Source: an uncultured archaeon (GTDB taxonomy: Archaea; Aenigmatarchaeota; Aenigmatarchaeia; QMZP01; JAFGSV01). From it: a stretch of 50,484 nt of DNA. Each line of letters opens with the position of its first letter. The first letter of the stretch is position 1. The stretch covers positions 1 through 50,484 of the forward strand of contig CAZTRL010000003.1 of assembly GCA_964616715.1 (NCBI GenBank), given 5' to 3'. Below are positions 1-8,674 of the stretch, in pieces. A model generated the notes under the pieces. That model made no database searches and had not been told where the DNA came from. It was given only the letters and a program-made list of their open reading frames with translations. Both the position numbers and the translations under genes were made by a program.

Positions 1-2
1 TT

Positions 3-3000
3 TCCCGTGCTGTTGGTCCAGTAGTTGCCGCCAATCTCGGTCCCGACTGAATGTGTCCTGGTGCCGGCCTGCCTGCTCATGTTCCATGCATATTCGAAAG
101 GAGGAGCACTTCCATTGACATTGATTGTATTGTTGAAAAGATTGTTGTAAATGAGGTTGGGGCCATTCACGTCCAGCGGACTTCCGCTGAGGAGTATTCC
201 GTTGGTGCTCGAGATTATACTGTTCTTGATTGTCCCAATATCTGAGTACTGGAACACGAATCCGAAGGCGTTACCAAGTGAAGTCACATTGTCGAATATG
301 TTGTGGCCGGAGTCTGAGACGCGGAGGGCTACGGCATAGGGGCTGTCATACACCAAAAGGTTTGATACGTTAGTGTAGTTGGCCTCATAAAGGTACACGC
401 CTGCGAATTGGGCTCCCGAGACCGTGATGTTTTCCAAAGTGTTGTTAGAACTCCCCTCGATGCGTATGGCCCTGTAAGATCCGGCGATTATGCAGTTTGC
501 GATGGTCGCGTTCGTGGAGTTGTAGCCACTGCGATGAACACGGATAACATCGTTTATAGAAGAGCCTGAGAGCGTGTATCCGCGGCAGTCGAGAGTCGCA
601 TTGTTGGCACGGATATCGATGCAGGCAAAACCGCTAGCGTTCATGTCGGAGGACATGACGTAGACGCCGGGATGGTATATGCCAGCACACGATGTTATGG
701 TGTTATTGAAGTGGAAGTAAACGGAATCGTTCCCGACATTTCCGACTGTGTCGTTTATGTAGAGGGTCAAGGCATGGTAACCCACAGAAAGGTTCTGGAG
801 CGTAAGGTTGTCGCATCCGGGGATTGTCACATTGCCCTGGCCATCGAGGCTGTAGTAGCAGGCGTCAATTCCCGGGTCCGAGAAGCTGAATTTCAGGAAA
901 TTGCTGTCTGAATAGTTGTAAGAGATGTTCTCTGGCTCTATTATTGTCACAATCGGAGCCGTCCAGTCGTCGGTAAACTGAACAGTATCATGGGCTACGT
1001 TGTCTAAGGTGTCGTTCGCGTAAACGGAAAGGTTGTTAAGCCCCTCGACTACCGGGATTGAAGTCCCGTTTGTACAAAGGAAAGTTGTATTGCTGGTGTT
1101 GCCGTTGAGATTGTACCAGCACGTGTCGTTCTGCTTTGTGAACGTGAAGTTGAAATATGTGGCATTATAATAGGTCGTGCCGTTGGCAGGATAGGTTATG
1201 GTGAGAACCGGTATATTGGTATCTACAGTGAAGTTTCTTGATGTGGAATTGGAATTTGAGAATGTGTCGTTGCAGAAGAACTCGACCAAATGCTGACCGT
1301 CAGGCACCGAAGCGTTCACGCCCCAGAAGAAGGTGGAATTAGTCTTGTTCATGGAGATGTTCTGTCCGCTGTCAAGGGAGTAGAGGCAGGTTGAGCCGTT
1401 CTCTCCGGACTGAAGAGTGATATTGAAATATATGGTCTGCGTCGGATAGGTATCGTTCACCGGAATGACCTTAGTGAATTGTGGTGGCGTCTGGTCCAGT
1501 GTGAAGTACGTGGTCGTGGAGTTGGTGTTGTTACTGGTGTCGTTTGCGTAGACGGTTAGCATGTGCTGGCCGTCTGAGAGTTGGTCCATCGTCCCCGCCC
1601 ACATGTTACCGGTGATCGAGCAGTTGGTGGCGTTGAGCTGGCCGTCTATGTAGTAGTATGAGCAGTTGATATCGGAATACGTGAAGTTGAAGGCATTGCT
1701 CGAGGTCGTCGTGTTCTGCGGGATGACTATGGTTATGTCAGGTGGCGTGCCGTCGCAACCCAGCGTCTCGTTGTGGTACCATGTCATGTTCGTCCAGTCG
1801 TCAGTGCTCAGTCCTGTCTGCGCGTAGCAGCCTTTCTGGTCGTACTGCACCCACCACGTCCAGTTGAGCTGCTGGTTGGAGGCATTGCAGGCCTCGAGCG
1901 TTGTCGTCTGTGTCGTGTTGGCCATTGACGGCTTGCAGGCATCGCTTACTGTGAGCCAGAACGTGTCTCCGGTGGCGTTTGACGTGTAGTTCGTGTTCCC
2001 TGAAGTGTTGGCAGTGAACACGTAATCGCCTACGAGAAGCGTTGTTATGTTGGGATTGGAGCTGTTGGTGCCATTTGAGTAGAGGGAAACGCTTCCCGCA
2101 TCGCTGAACAGCATGTATCCTGTCGCGTTGATGCTCTCGTTGTCGTATATGGTGAGATTGTCCCTCGTGCCATTGAGGTGAAGGATGGTCGGGTTGGTGA
2201 TGTTCTGTATGACTTCATAGGTATAGCTGCTGCTGTTCATGTTGTTCGATGTGTCGTTTGCCCACCACGTGTAATCGTAAAGCCCCGCCCCGAGCTTCCC
2301 GATAGTGACGTTCCATTCAGTCGTCACATTCGATGCAGTATGATTGGTGCCATCGAAGTCCAGCTTGACGGTATCCACCATTTCATTGTCCGTCCAGGTC
2401 ATGTTGAACATATGGCTCCAGGGGTTGTACTGAGTACCGTTGGCACTGGTCTGCGTCGGGCCTGACCACTCCGGCGGAGTCCCGTCCGGCGCATAGTTGG
2501 TAAGGTTGATTGTGTACCAGAGCTCGTTATCCGTCCTGTTGAGGTTCCCTGCGGTATCGTTCCCCCACGCGAGGCAGGCGTATGTCGTCGCGTTGGTCAT
2601 GCTTGTGAAATTTAATGTTGCATCGCTTCCGTCTGGTGTCATCGTATGGTTTGTCCCGTTGCATACCAGCACCCCGCCGCTGAGTGTTTCGCTACCGTTG
2701 ATCATGTAGAATATGTAGCTCTCGTTGTCGGTATAGGAGAGGTTGGTGGGCGGCATGCTGGCGTCGAAGCTGATGTCTGGAGGCGTCCGGTCTATGTATA
2801 GCGTCCTCACGCCAGACTGGTTCGCTGTGACGTTGGTGCAGTTCACGTACCACTCATAGCTTCCCTCGGGAAGGGTGTAATTGGCATATACCGAGATGTC
2901 GGTGTCAGCTGCCGCGCTTGTCGTGTTGTATCCCGTGTCGTTTAGGAAGAGCGTGCAGCTTGCGGTAGCGTTGTCGCCGGTGTAGTTGAACACGAACTCT

Positions 3001-3164
3001 ATCGTGTCGTTGCTTCCGGTGGTGTAGGTCTCGTTTGGCGGGAGGCTGAGGTTGACTTTGTCTATTCCGGCGCCGAGGACCGAGAGCGCATACACCGAAA
3101 GTACCAGCACGAGGGCGAGGGAGAAAAGAGAAAGGTCCGCGTTGCGCACTGCCTTCATCATCAT
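3..3164 (-). CDS. Large secreted/surface glycoprotein, partial (C-terminus lies beyond the left window edge). It has a signal peptide, about 6 diverged Ig-like modules, then right-handed beta-helix (PbH1/NosD-like) repeats.
   Basis: The minus-strand frame opens at three consecutive ATGs (3164/3161/3158) and stays open to the window edge on hand translation. The ORF track lists no complete minus ORF here, as expected when the stop lies outside the window. The N-terminus MMMKAVRNADLSLFSLALVLVLSVYALSVLGAG looks like a signal peptide. Repeated modules end in (Y/W)xNDTxxN (AWGNDTAGN, WWANDTSNN, VYANDTSNN, FFCNDTFSN, VYANDTLDN, LYINDTVGN). The last ~230 aa in the window show beta-helix-like repeats (NATIANCIIAG, NNTLENITVSG, NYTNVSNLLVYD, HNIFDNVTSLG). 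N-x-S/T sequons are extremely frequent. Confidence 0.8.
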   Translation of the reverse strand, partial: MMMKAVRNADLSLFSLALVLVLSVYALSVLGAGIDKVNLSLPPNETYTTGSNDTIEFVFNYTGDNATASCTLFLNDTGYNTTSAAADTDISVYANYTLPEGSYEWYVNCTNVTANQSGVRTLYIDRTPPDISFDASMPPTNLSYTDNESYIFYMINGSETLSGGVLVCNGTNHTMTPDGSDATLNFTSMTNATTYACLAWGNDTAGNLNRTDNELWYTINLTNYAPDGTPPEWSGPTQTSANGTQYNPWSHMFNMTWTDNEMVDTVKLDFDGTNHTASNVTTEWNVTIGKLGAGLYDYTWWANDTSNNMNSSSYTYEVIQNITNPTILHLNGTRDNLTIYDNESINATGYMLFSDAGSVSLYSNGTNSSNPNITTLLVGDYVFTANTSGNTNYTSNATGDTFWLTVSDACKPSMANTTQTTTLEACNASNQQLNWTWWVQYDQKGCYAQTGLSTDDWTNMTWYHNETLGCDGTPPDITIVIPQNTTTSSNAFNFTYSDINCSYYYIDGQLNATNCSITGNMWAGTMDQLSDGQHMLTVYANDTSNNTNSTTTYFTLDQTPPQFTKVIPVNDTYPTQTIYFNITLQSGENGSTCLYSLDSGQNISMNKTNSTFFWGVNASVPDGQHLVEFFCNDTFSNSNSTSRNFTVDTNIPVLTITYPANGTTYYNATYFNFTFTKQNDTCWYNLNGNTSNTTFLCTNGTSIPVVEGLNNLSVYANDTLDNVAHDTVQFTDDWTAPIVTIIEPENISYNYSDSNFLKFSFSDPGIDACYYSLDGQGNVTIPGCDNLTLQNLSVGYHALTLYINDTVGNVGNDSVYFHFNNTITSCAGIYHPGVYVMSSDMNASGFACIDIRANNATLDCRGYTLSGSSINDVIRVHRSGYNSTNATIANCIIAGSYRAIRIEGSSNNTLENITVSGAQFAGVYLYEANYTNVSNLLVYDSPYAVALRVSDSGHNIFDNVTSLGNAFGFVFQYSDIGTIKNSIISSTNGILLSGSPLDVNGPNLIYNNLFNNTINVNGSAPPFEYAWNMSRQAGTRTHSVGTEIGGNYWTNSTG

Positions 3165-3265
3165 GATAAGCCCTATAATAGGTTAATAGCTACTGTCTAT
3201 TTCGGTTCCGCGATTAAAAAAGGAAGCGTTTAGACGGAATGCGCACCAGCGCCCAATGGGAAACG

Positions 3266-3274
3266 TTTATAAAA
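3266..3274 (+). promoter_or_regulatory. TATA box (tttataaaa, preceded by aaacg) for rpoL
   Basis: An A/T-rich TATA-like element is centred about 28 nt upstream of ATG 3298. This implies a leaderless or near-leaderless transcript. The related aacgttt(a/t) motif recurs at 3229 and 3586. Confidence 0.5.
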
Positions 3275-3297
3275 ACAAGGCTTTCAATAAATAGTCT

Positions 3298-3567
3298 ATG
3301 GAACTGACCGTTCTCGAGGAAAAGCCTACCAAGCTCAGGCTCGAAGTGAAGGGGGAGAACCACACTCTTCTCAACATAGTCACGGAGTACGCATGGGAGG
3401 CAAAGGCCAAGCAGGCGTCCTACATGATAAAGCATCCCTACCTCTCGCAGCCCGAGCTGACGGTGATTTCTGCAAACCCGAAGAAGACCCTCTCGGACGC
3501 CGCCCAGCTGGTGATGGACAGGGCCAAGGAATTCAGGGTCGGCCTCGAGCGCGGCTTGAAGAAGTAG
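3298..3567 (+). CDS. rpoL: DNA-directed RNA polymerase subunit L (Rpo11)
   Basis: 89 aa. KLRLEVKGENHTLLNIV...IKHPYLSQPELTV matches the RBP11/RpoL signature (G-E-D/N-H-T-L-x-N followed by HP). Confidence 0.85.
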   Translation: MELTVLEEKPTKLRLEVKGENHTLLNIVTEYAWEAKAKQASYMIKHPYLSQPELTVISANPKKTLSDAAQLVMDRAKEFRVGLERGLKK

Positions 3568-3662
3568 TAGTTGCGTAACGTTTTTAAGGTTCCGCTTCAA
3601 TTAAGTTTAGAAATTCAGGGCATTCTACATAGCTTGAAAGCGCCGGGATTCGGGTGTCTCAG

Positions 3663-4148
3663 ATGGAAGGTAACACGGAAACCATTGTGTATGTGATAGT
3701 GGGGATAGTCCTCGCGTGGGTCATAAACCAGGGGATGGCCGCGGCGCTCAGCACGGACATGCCGGTGGTCGCGGTGGAGTCGAATTCCATGGTCCCGGTA
3801 TTCTACAAGGGTGATATACTCGTCCTCCAGGGCGATGCCCCTTCGGACTATGCGGTCGGAGACGTCATAGTCTACTCGGTGGAAGGCAGGAGCGTGCCGA
3901 TAGTCCACAGGATAGTGAAGATAAACCCTGACGGGTCGTACCAGACCAAGGGAGACGCGAACAACGGCCAGCTGCCGTTCGAATACCACGTTGACGGGAG
4001 CGCGGTCCATGGCAAGGTCTCGGTGATAATACCCTATCTGGGATGGGTGAAGCTCGGCGTCACGGAATACGTGCTGCCGAACGTTATATATATTATATTA
4101 GCCGCAGTCTTAATAGGAGTAGTATACTACGGGAGGAGGTTGATTTAA
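3663..4148 (+). CDS. Signal peptidase I, archaeal/eukaryotic Sec11 (S26B) type
   Basis: The track start 3654 is GTG and the first ATG is 3663. An N-terminal TM segment is followed by VESNSMVPVFYKGDILV (Ser box), IVHRIV (His box) and KGDAN. Confidence 0.85.
   Translation: MEGNTETIVYVIVGIVLAWVINQGMAAALSTDMPVVAVESNSMVPVFYKGDILVLQGDAPSDYAVGDVIVYSVEGRSVPIVHRIVKINPDGSYQTKGDANNGQLPFEYHVDGSAVHGKVSVIIPYLGWVKLGVTEYVLPNVIYIILAAVLIGVVYYGRRLI
4135..4140 (+). promoter_or_regulatory. Shine-Dalgarno-like GGAGGT for tfs
   Basis: The sequence gggaggaggt ends 8 nt upstream of ATG 4148. This internal operon gene is also stop/start coupled (TAATG). Confidence 0.5.
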
Positions 4149-4471
4149 TGGAGTTTTGCCCCAACTGCAAGTTGACACTCGTCGCAAAGGACAAGGATGG
4201 AAAGAGGGTGCTCGTGTGCAGGAAATGCGGCCACGAGACGGACAAGTACAAGCCACTCAGGATTTCGGAGAAGGTCTCCAAGAGCCCGCTGGACAGTGTA
4301 GTCGTCATAGAGAAGAACGAGGAAGCGCTTCCTAAGACCAAGGTGACGTGTCCGCAGTGCAACCATAACGAGGCTGTGTGGTGGGTGCAGCAGACGAGGA
4401 GCGCCGACGAGGCCCCGACGGTCTTCTACAGGTGCACCAAGTGCAAGCACAGCTGGAGGGAATACGGTTGA
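4148..4471 (+). CDS. tfs: Transcription factor S / RpoM (TFIIS-like cleavage factor)
   Basis: 107 aa. It has two zinc ribbons (CPNC..CRKC and CPQC..CTKC). QTRSADEAPTVFYRCTKC is the TFIIS C-terminal ribbon with an acidic loop. ATG 4148 shares its A with the upstream TAA stop. The 4043 start in the ORF track is a spurious upstream extension. Confidence 0.9.
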   Translation: MEFCPNCKLTLVAKDKDGKRVLVCRKCGHETDKYKPLRISEKVSKSPLDSVVVIEKNEEALPKTKVTCPQCNHNEAVWWVQQTRSADEAPTVFYRCTKCKHSWREYG

Positions 4472-4478
4472 TTTTTTT
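4472..4478 (+). terminator. Oligo-T (T7) archaeal-type terminator directly after the tfs stop
   Basis: tga-ttttttt-at immediately follows the stop codon. The next gene starts 24 nt further on. Confidence 0.45.
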
Positions 4479-4501
4479 ATCTTCCCTCCATTCTTCTTCT
4501 T

Positions 4502-5641
4502 ATGTTAAGAGTTTTGGTTCTCGGGTCGAAGGAGTATCCTTTCGGCACCAATATGGGTGACGACCCCATCCCGAGTGGGGGCATGGAGACCTACGTGGAT
4601 GACCTCGCCCCGGAGCTCTCGAGGCTCTGCCGGCTCGTAATAGTCACGAGGAGGTTCAGGGGCACTAAGAGGAGGGAAACAAAAGACAACATCGAGGTTG
4701 TCAGGGTTCCCTGGCTGAAGGGCAAATGGCTCCGGAATCCTACATACAACAAGATGTCTTTTCTGGTATCGCTCGGTCTCATGAGGGACGCGGATATCGT
4801 CTATTCCAATGGCATAGTGTCGGGCATCGCGGGGCTCGTCCTCGGGAGGCTGTTTAGGAAGCCCAACGTCTACAGACCCGCCGGGACTGGATACCTGCAG
4901 TACGGATTCCCCCTCAGGCAGGCTCTCTACGCGATTGAGAAGTCTGTGCTCTCGAAGTCGAGCGCAGTCGTCTTCCATTCGGAGGGCGAGATGAGGAACG
5001 CGAGGAGGAACTACGGAATCCCGCTGCGTAACGGCCATGTGATACTGACAGGATTCCCCGTGGAGGAGTTCGCAGGAGTGGCTCCATCGCAGAAGGCTGT
5101 GCATGAGACCGTGATAAGCACCGTCTCGAGGTTCGTTCCGGTGAAGGGGCTTGAATACCTCATAGACGCATGCTCGCTTATCGGGGGGGACTACAGGTTG
5201 CTGATGGTGGGCTCCGGACCGGAGGAGGGGATGCTGAGGGGCCGTGTGAAAAGGCACGGCATAGGAGAGAAGGTCGAGTTCGCGGGCTTCAGGCACGACG
5301 TGCCGGCGATACTCGCGCGGACCGACATATTCGTGATATCATCGCTGTCGGAAGGCCTCCCGACGTCGCTTCTGGAAGCCATGGCCGCCGGATGCGCATG
5401 CGTCGTGACCGACATCGGCCTTCCGGTGGAGCACATGAAGACGGGGCTCGTCGTGCCCGCGAAGGACCCGGAGAAGCTTGCGAAGGCGATGGACATGCTG
5501 ATAAGGAAGCCCACCATGAGAAAGGAGCTCGGAAGAAACGCCAGGGAGTTCGTCAGGAGCCACTGCACCCAGAAGATGGCGGCCGAGAGCCACATGAGGC
5601 TTTTCCGCAGGCTGCTCTCCGCGGGGAAACGCACAAATTAA
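4502..5641 (+). CDS. Glycosyltransferase, GT4 (GT-B) family
   Basis: 379 aa. The C-terminal GT1/GT4 signature is FVISSLSEGLPTSLLEAMAAGCACVVTD. Confidence 0.85.
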   Translation: MLRVLVLGSKEYPFGTNMGDDPIPSGGMETYVDDLAPELSRLCRLVIVTRRFRGTKRRETKDNIEVVRVPWLKGKWLRNPTYNKMSFLVSLGLMRDADIVYSNGIVSGIAGLVLGRLFRKPNVYRPAGTGYLQYGFPLRQALYAIEKSVLSKSSAVVFHSEGEMRNARRNYGIPLRNGHVILTGFPVEEFAGVAPSQKAVHETVISTVSRFVPVKGLEYLIDACSLIGGDYRLLMVGSGPEEGMLRGRVKRHGIGEKVEFAGFRHDVPAILARTDIFVISSLSEGLPTSLLEAMAAGCACVVTDIGLPVEHMKTGLVVPAKDPEKLAKAMDMLIRKPTMRKELGRNAREFVRSHCTQKMAAESHMRLFRRLLSAGKRTN

Positions 5642-5664
5642 TAGCGGATGGGGTTATTATTGAT

Positions 5665-6585
5665 ATGACTGTGAAAAATGTACTCGTCACCGGAAGCAGC
5701 GGGACCGTTGGCACCAGGCTCTGCGAGAGGATGCTCAAGGATGGATACCACGTCACGGGTTTCGACCGTGTGGATAACAGGTGGGTCAGGGAAGTAGATG
5801 GCATAACCACCAAAGGCGATATCCTGAACGAGAAGGACCTGGAGAGGCTGGACAAGGACTACGACGTTGTCATCCACCTGGCGGCGAATGCCCGCGTGTA
5901 CAACCTCGTCGTGGACCCGTCGAAGGCCATGGAGAACTTCCAGGGGCTTTTCAACGCGCTCGAATTCTGCAGGAAGAACGGCATAAAGAGGTTCATCTTC
6001 GCATCAAGCAGGGAAGTCTATGGGAATTCCCACAAGACGAAGCATTCGGAGGACGAGGCGTACGTGAAGAACTGCGAGAGCCCCTACACCGCCTCGAAGA
6101 TAGGCGGCGAGGCGCTGGTCAATGCCTATTCCCAGTGCTACGGGATTGATTCCGTGATAGTGAGGTTCTCCAATGTCTACGGCATGTATGACGAGAGCGA
6201 CCGGGTGATACCGCTCTTCATAAGGCTGACAGATGAAGGGAAGGACCTTGTAGTCTTCGGCAAGGAGAAGTTCCTGGATTTCACCTACATAGACGACGCA
6301 GTGTCAGGCGTCATCAGGTGCGTGGAGAGGTTCGAGAAGGTCAGGGGAAACGTCTTCAACATAGCATCCGGAAAGGCGTACTCCATAGAAAGGATTGCGG
6401 CGATGATACAGGAGAAGATGAAGGGGGTCAACCGTGTGATAATCAAGGACTCCCGCACCGGGGAGGTCGAGAGGTTCGTCGCCGACACATCGAAGGCGGA
6501 GAAGCTCCTCGGCCACCGGTCAAGGACGGATATAGGCGAAGGGATAGACAAGGCCATAGAATGGTACAGGAAGACGGCCCGCTGA
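5665..6585 (+). CDS. NAD-dependent sugar-nucleotide epimerase/dehydratase (extended SDR)
   Basis: In-frame ATG 5665 gives MTVKNVLVTGSSGTVGTRL (a GxxGxxG Rossmann motif). YTASKIGGE is the YxxxK motif. The upstream 165 codons of track ORF 5170.. overlap the GT4 gene in another frame and are R/G/E-rich. Confidence 0.85.
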   Translation: MTVKNVLVTGSSGTVGTRLCERMLKDGYHVTGFDRVDNRWVREVDGITTKGDILNEKDLERLDKDYDVVIHLAANARVYNLVVDPSKAMENFQGLFNALEFCRKNGIKRFIFASSREVYGNSHKTKHSEDEAYVKNCESPYTASKIGGEALVNAYSQCYGIDSVIVRFSNVYGMYDESDRVIPLFIRLTDEGKDLVVFGKEKFLDFTYIDDAVSGVIRCVERFEKVRGNVFNIASGKAYSIERIAAMIQEKMKGVNRVIIKDSRTGEVERFVADTSKAEKLLGHRSRTDIGEGIDKAIEWYRKTAR

Positions 6586-6646
6586 CGGTCCGAGAATCTT
6601 CCGGAACCATATAAATCCTCCACTCTCATTAGTTTTAGGTGGCTCG

Positions 6647-7744
6647 ATGAATACGGCATTCGTTCTCAGCAGGCACGGCTCGTTCAGAGAGATATCAGAC
6701 AAGATGGGAGGCGACGACTCCTTCATGGCGGAGCTGTTCGCCATAAGGAAGTATGCGGAGAAGTCGGACAGGGTTTTCGTGTTCTCCCACGACCGCGAGA
6801 GTTTTGAGCGCCTGATGCCTGAAAACTGCACCCACGTCAGGTTCCATGGACCTCTACTTTACACGCTGTTCGGCTGGATCGTGATGCTCCTCTATGTGGC
6901 AAGGCATGGAATAAGGATAGTCAGAGTCGAGACCGTCACCGGGCTGCTCCACGCGCTCTTCGTCAACAGGTTGACCCGGGCAAAGGTGGTTCTCGACTAT
7001 CTCTACCTCTGGCACCAGCCCATGGGAGACGGCGTGAAGAAGGGATTTGTGAGGAAGCTGGAATCATTCCTCCTTGGCTTCGCCGACTACTTCATAGTCG
7101 CAAACGATGATGTCGGGAAGTTTGCAGAAGGCAGGGGCAAGGTGCTCGACATAGGCGCAAACGGCGTCATCCTGGACGTGTTTGACAAGGCCCTGCCGGA
7201 CACATCCATATCGCGGCTCAGCGGGAAGAAAATCATATTCGTCGGGAGACTCATAGGGATAAAGGACCCGCTCACCCTCATAAGGGCCTACAGGGAAGTC
7301 CGGAAGAAGCGCAGGGACATCCACCTCATTGTCTGCGGCGATGGCGAACTTAGAGAGGAGTGCGAGAAGGTGGCGGATGGAAGCGTCGTCTTCCTCGGCT
7401 TCGCGAAGAACGTGCCTTCCCTTCTGAAGGCCTCCGACGTCTTCATCCTTCCGTCGCGCTTCGACGCATCGCCGAGGGCGCTCGTCGAGGCCATGGCGGT
7501 GGGACTGCCGTGCATAGCCACCAGAGTCGGTGGGGTTCCAGGTTATCTGGACGGAGGCTGCGGCGTCCTGGTGGAACCCGGGAACGTGGGGATGCTCGCT
7601 GAAAAGATGGAATATATCCTGTCGCATGGCAAGGAAGCCGGAAGGCTAGGCCGGAAGGCGAGGGAAAGAGTGGAGGAGAAGTACAATCTGGGCAAGAATC
7701 TCGAGAAGGAGATAGGCTTCATGATGAAGGAGACGGATGCATGA
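6647..7744 (+). CDS. Glycosyltransferase, GT4 family
   Basis: 365 aa. It carries the FILPSRFDASPRALVEAMAVGLPCIATRVGG motif. Its stop overlaps the next start (ATGA at 7741). Confidence 0.8.
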   Translation: MNTAFVLSRHGSFREISDKMGGDDSFMAELFAIRKYAEKSDRVFVFSHDRESFERLMPENCTHVRFHGPLLYTLFGWIVMLLYVARHGIRIVRVETVTGLLHALFVNRLTRAKVVLDYLYLWHQPMGDGVKKGFVRKLESFLLGFADYFIVANDDVGKFAEGRGKVLDIGANGVILDVFDKALPDTSISRLSGKKIIFVGRLIGIKDPLTLIRAYREVRKKRRDIHLIVCGDGELREECEKVADGSVVFLGFAKNVPSLLKASDVFILPSRFDASPRALVEAMAVGLPCIATRVGGVPGYLDGGCGVLVEPGNVGMLAEKMEYILSHGKEAGRLGRKARERVEEKYNLGKNLEKEIGFMMKETDA

Positions 7745-8673
7745 AAAGGCCGCTAGTGTCGTTTGTGATACCAGTCTATAATTCGGAGAGGACCATAGGG
7801 AAGTGTGTCGAATCCGTGCTTGCCCAGAGAGTTGAAAAGGAGGTCATAGTCATAGATGATGGCAGCACCGACCGCACGGGGGCCGTCATCAGGAAGTTCG
7901 GGAAGCGAATAAGTTATCGGCTGCAGAAGAACAGCGGCCCCGCTACAGCCAGGAACGTTGGAAAGAAGCGTGCCAGAGGCAGGTTCATCGCATTCATAGA
8001 CGCCGATGTGGTGCTGCCCAAGGAGTGGGCGAAAACGGCGGTCGCGCTGATAGAGGAGAAGGGGGCAGCGGCCGTCGGTGGCCCCGGGGTCAGTGCCGAG
8101 GACAGCGTGGTGGCCAGGTCACTCAACCTTCTCCTGTACGGGAAGCCCGGAACCTCCGAGGGCTATGTTAACTCGCTTGCGACCATGGATGCGCTCTACG
8201 CGAGGGAGGCGCTCGAAGGCATGAGCTTTGACGAGTCTTTCACGTCAAGCTCCGGGGAGGACCCGGACCTCAACTTCAGGCTGGTTAAGTCTGGAAAGAA
8301 GCTGCTCCTCTCCTCAAGGCTCTGGGTGGAGCACGACCATCCGACCAGCCTCGGCGGGATAGTAAGGAAATGGTACAAGTACGGGAAGCACTACCCTCTT
8401 CTTTACGCAAAGCACAAGGAGCTGAGGGGGAAGGAGTACTACGCGAGGATATCGTATTTTCCGCTGCTGATGGCCTTTCTTCTGCTCTCGCCGCTGAGCA
8501 CAGTCCTCCTTTATGCGGCAGTGGCCCAGTTGTGCGTTCTGTGGCTGTCCTATGCGGTGATTGGCATCAGGGTCGGTGCAGGCGCGGGGGTGGCGGCGTT
8601 TGCGACAATACACTCGGCGAAGCAGATGGCGCAGCTGGCTGGTACCACCGTGGGGCTCAGGAAGCTGCTTTGA
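7741..8673 (+). CDS. Glycosyltransferase, GT2 (GT-A) family with a hydrophobic C-terminus
   Basis: 310 aa. Motifs are VSFVIPVYNSERTIGKCVESVLAQ, VIVIDDGSTDRT and FIDADV (DxD). There are C-terminal TM segments. Confidence 0.85.
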   Translation: MKRPLVSFVIPVYNSERTIGKCVESVLAQRVEKEVIVIDDGSTDRTGAVIRKFGKRISYRLQKNSGPATARNVGKKRARGRFIAFIDADVVLPKEWAKTAVALIEEKGAAAVGGPGVSAEDSVVARSLNLLLYGKPGTSEGYVNSLATMDALYAREALEGMSFDESFTSSSGEDPDLNFRLVKSGKKLLLSSRLWVEHDHPTSLGGIVRKWYKYGKHYPLLYAKHKELRGKEYYARISYFPLLMAFLLLSPLSTVLLYAAVAQLCVLWLSYAVIGIRVGAGAGVAAFATIHSAKQMAQLAGTTVGLRKLL

Positions 8674-8674
8674 A

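Noticed and set aside
4505-5296. A 263-aa antisense ORF inside the GT4 gene. Similar long shadow ORFs occur at 13924-14598, 14632-15318, 17512-18141, 22548-23351, 26075-26968, 35502-36335 and 37824-38576.
   Set aside because: All are fully contained in genes with strong family motifs on the other strand or frame. They have R/P/G/H-skewed composition and no motifs. They are by-products of RNY-biased codon usage in a moderately GC-rich genome.
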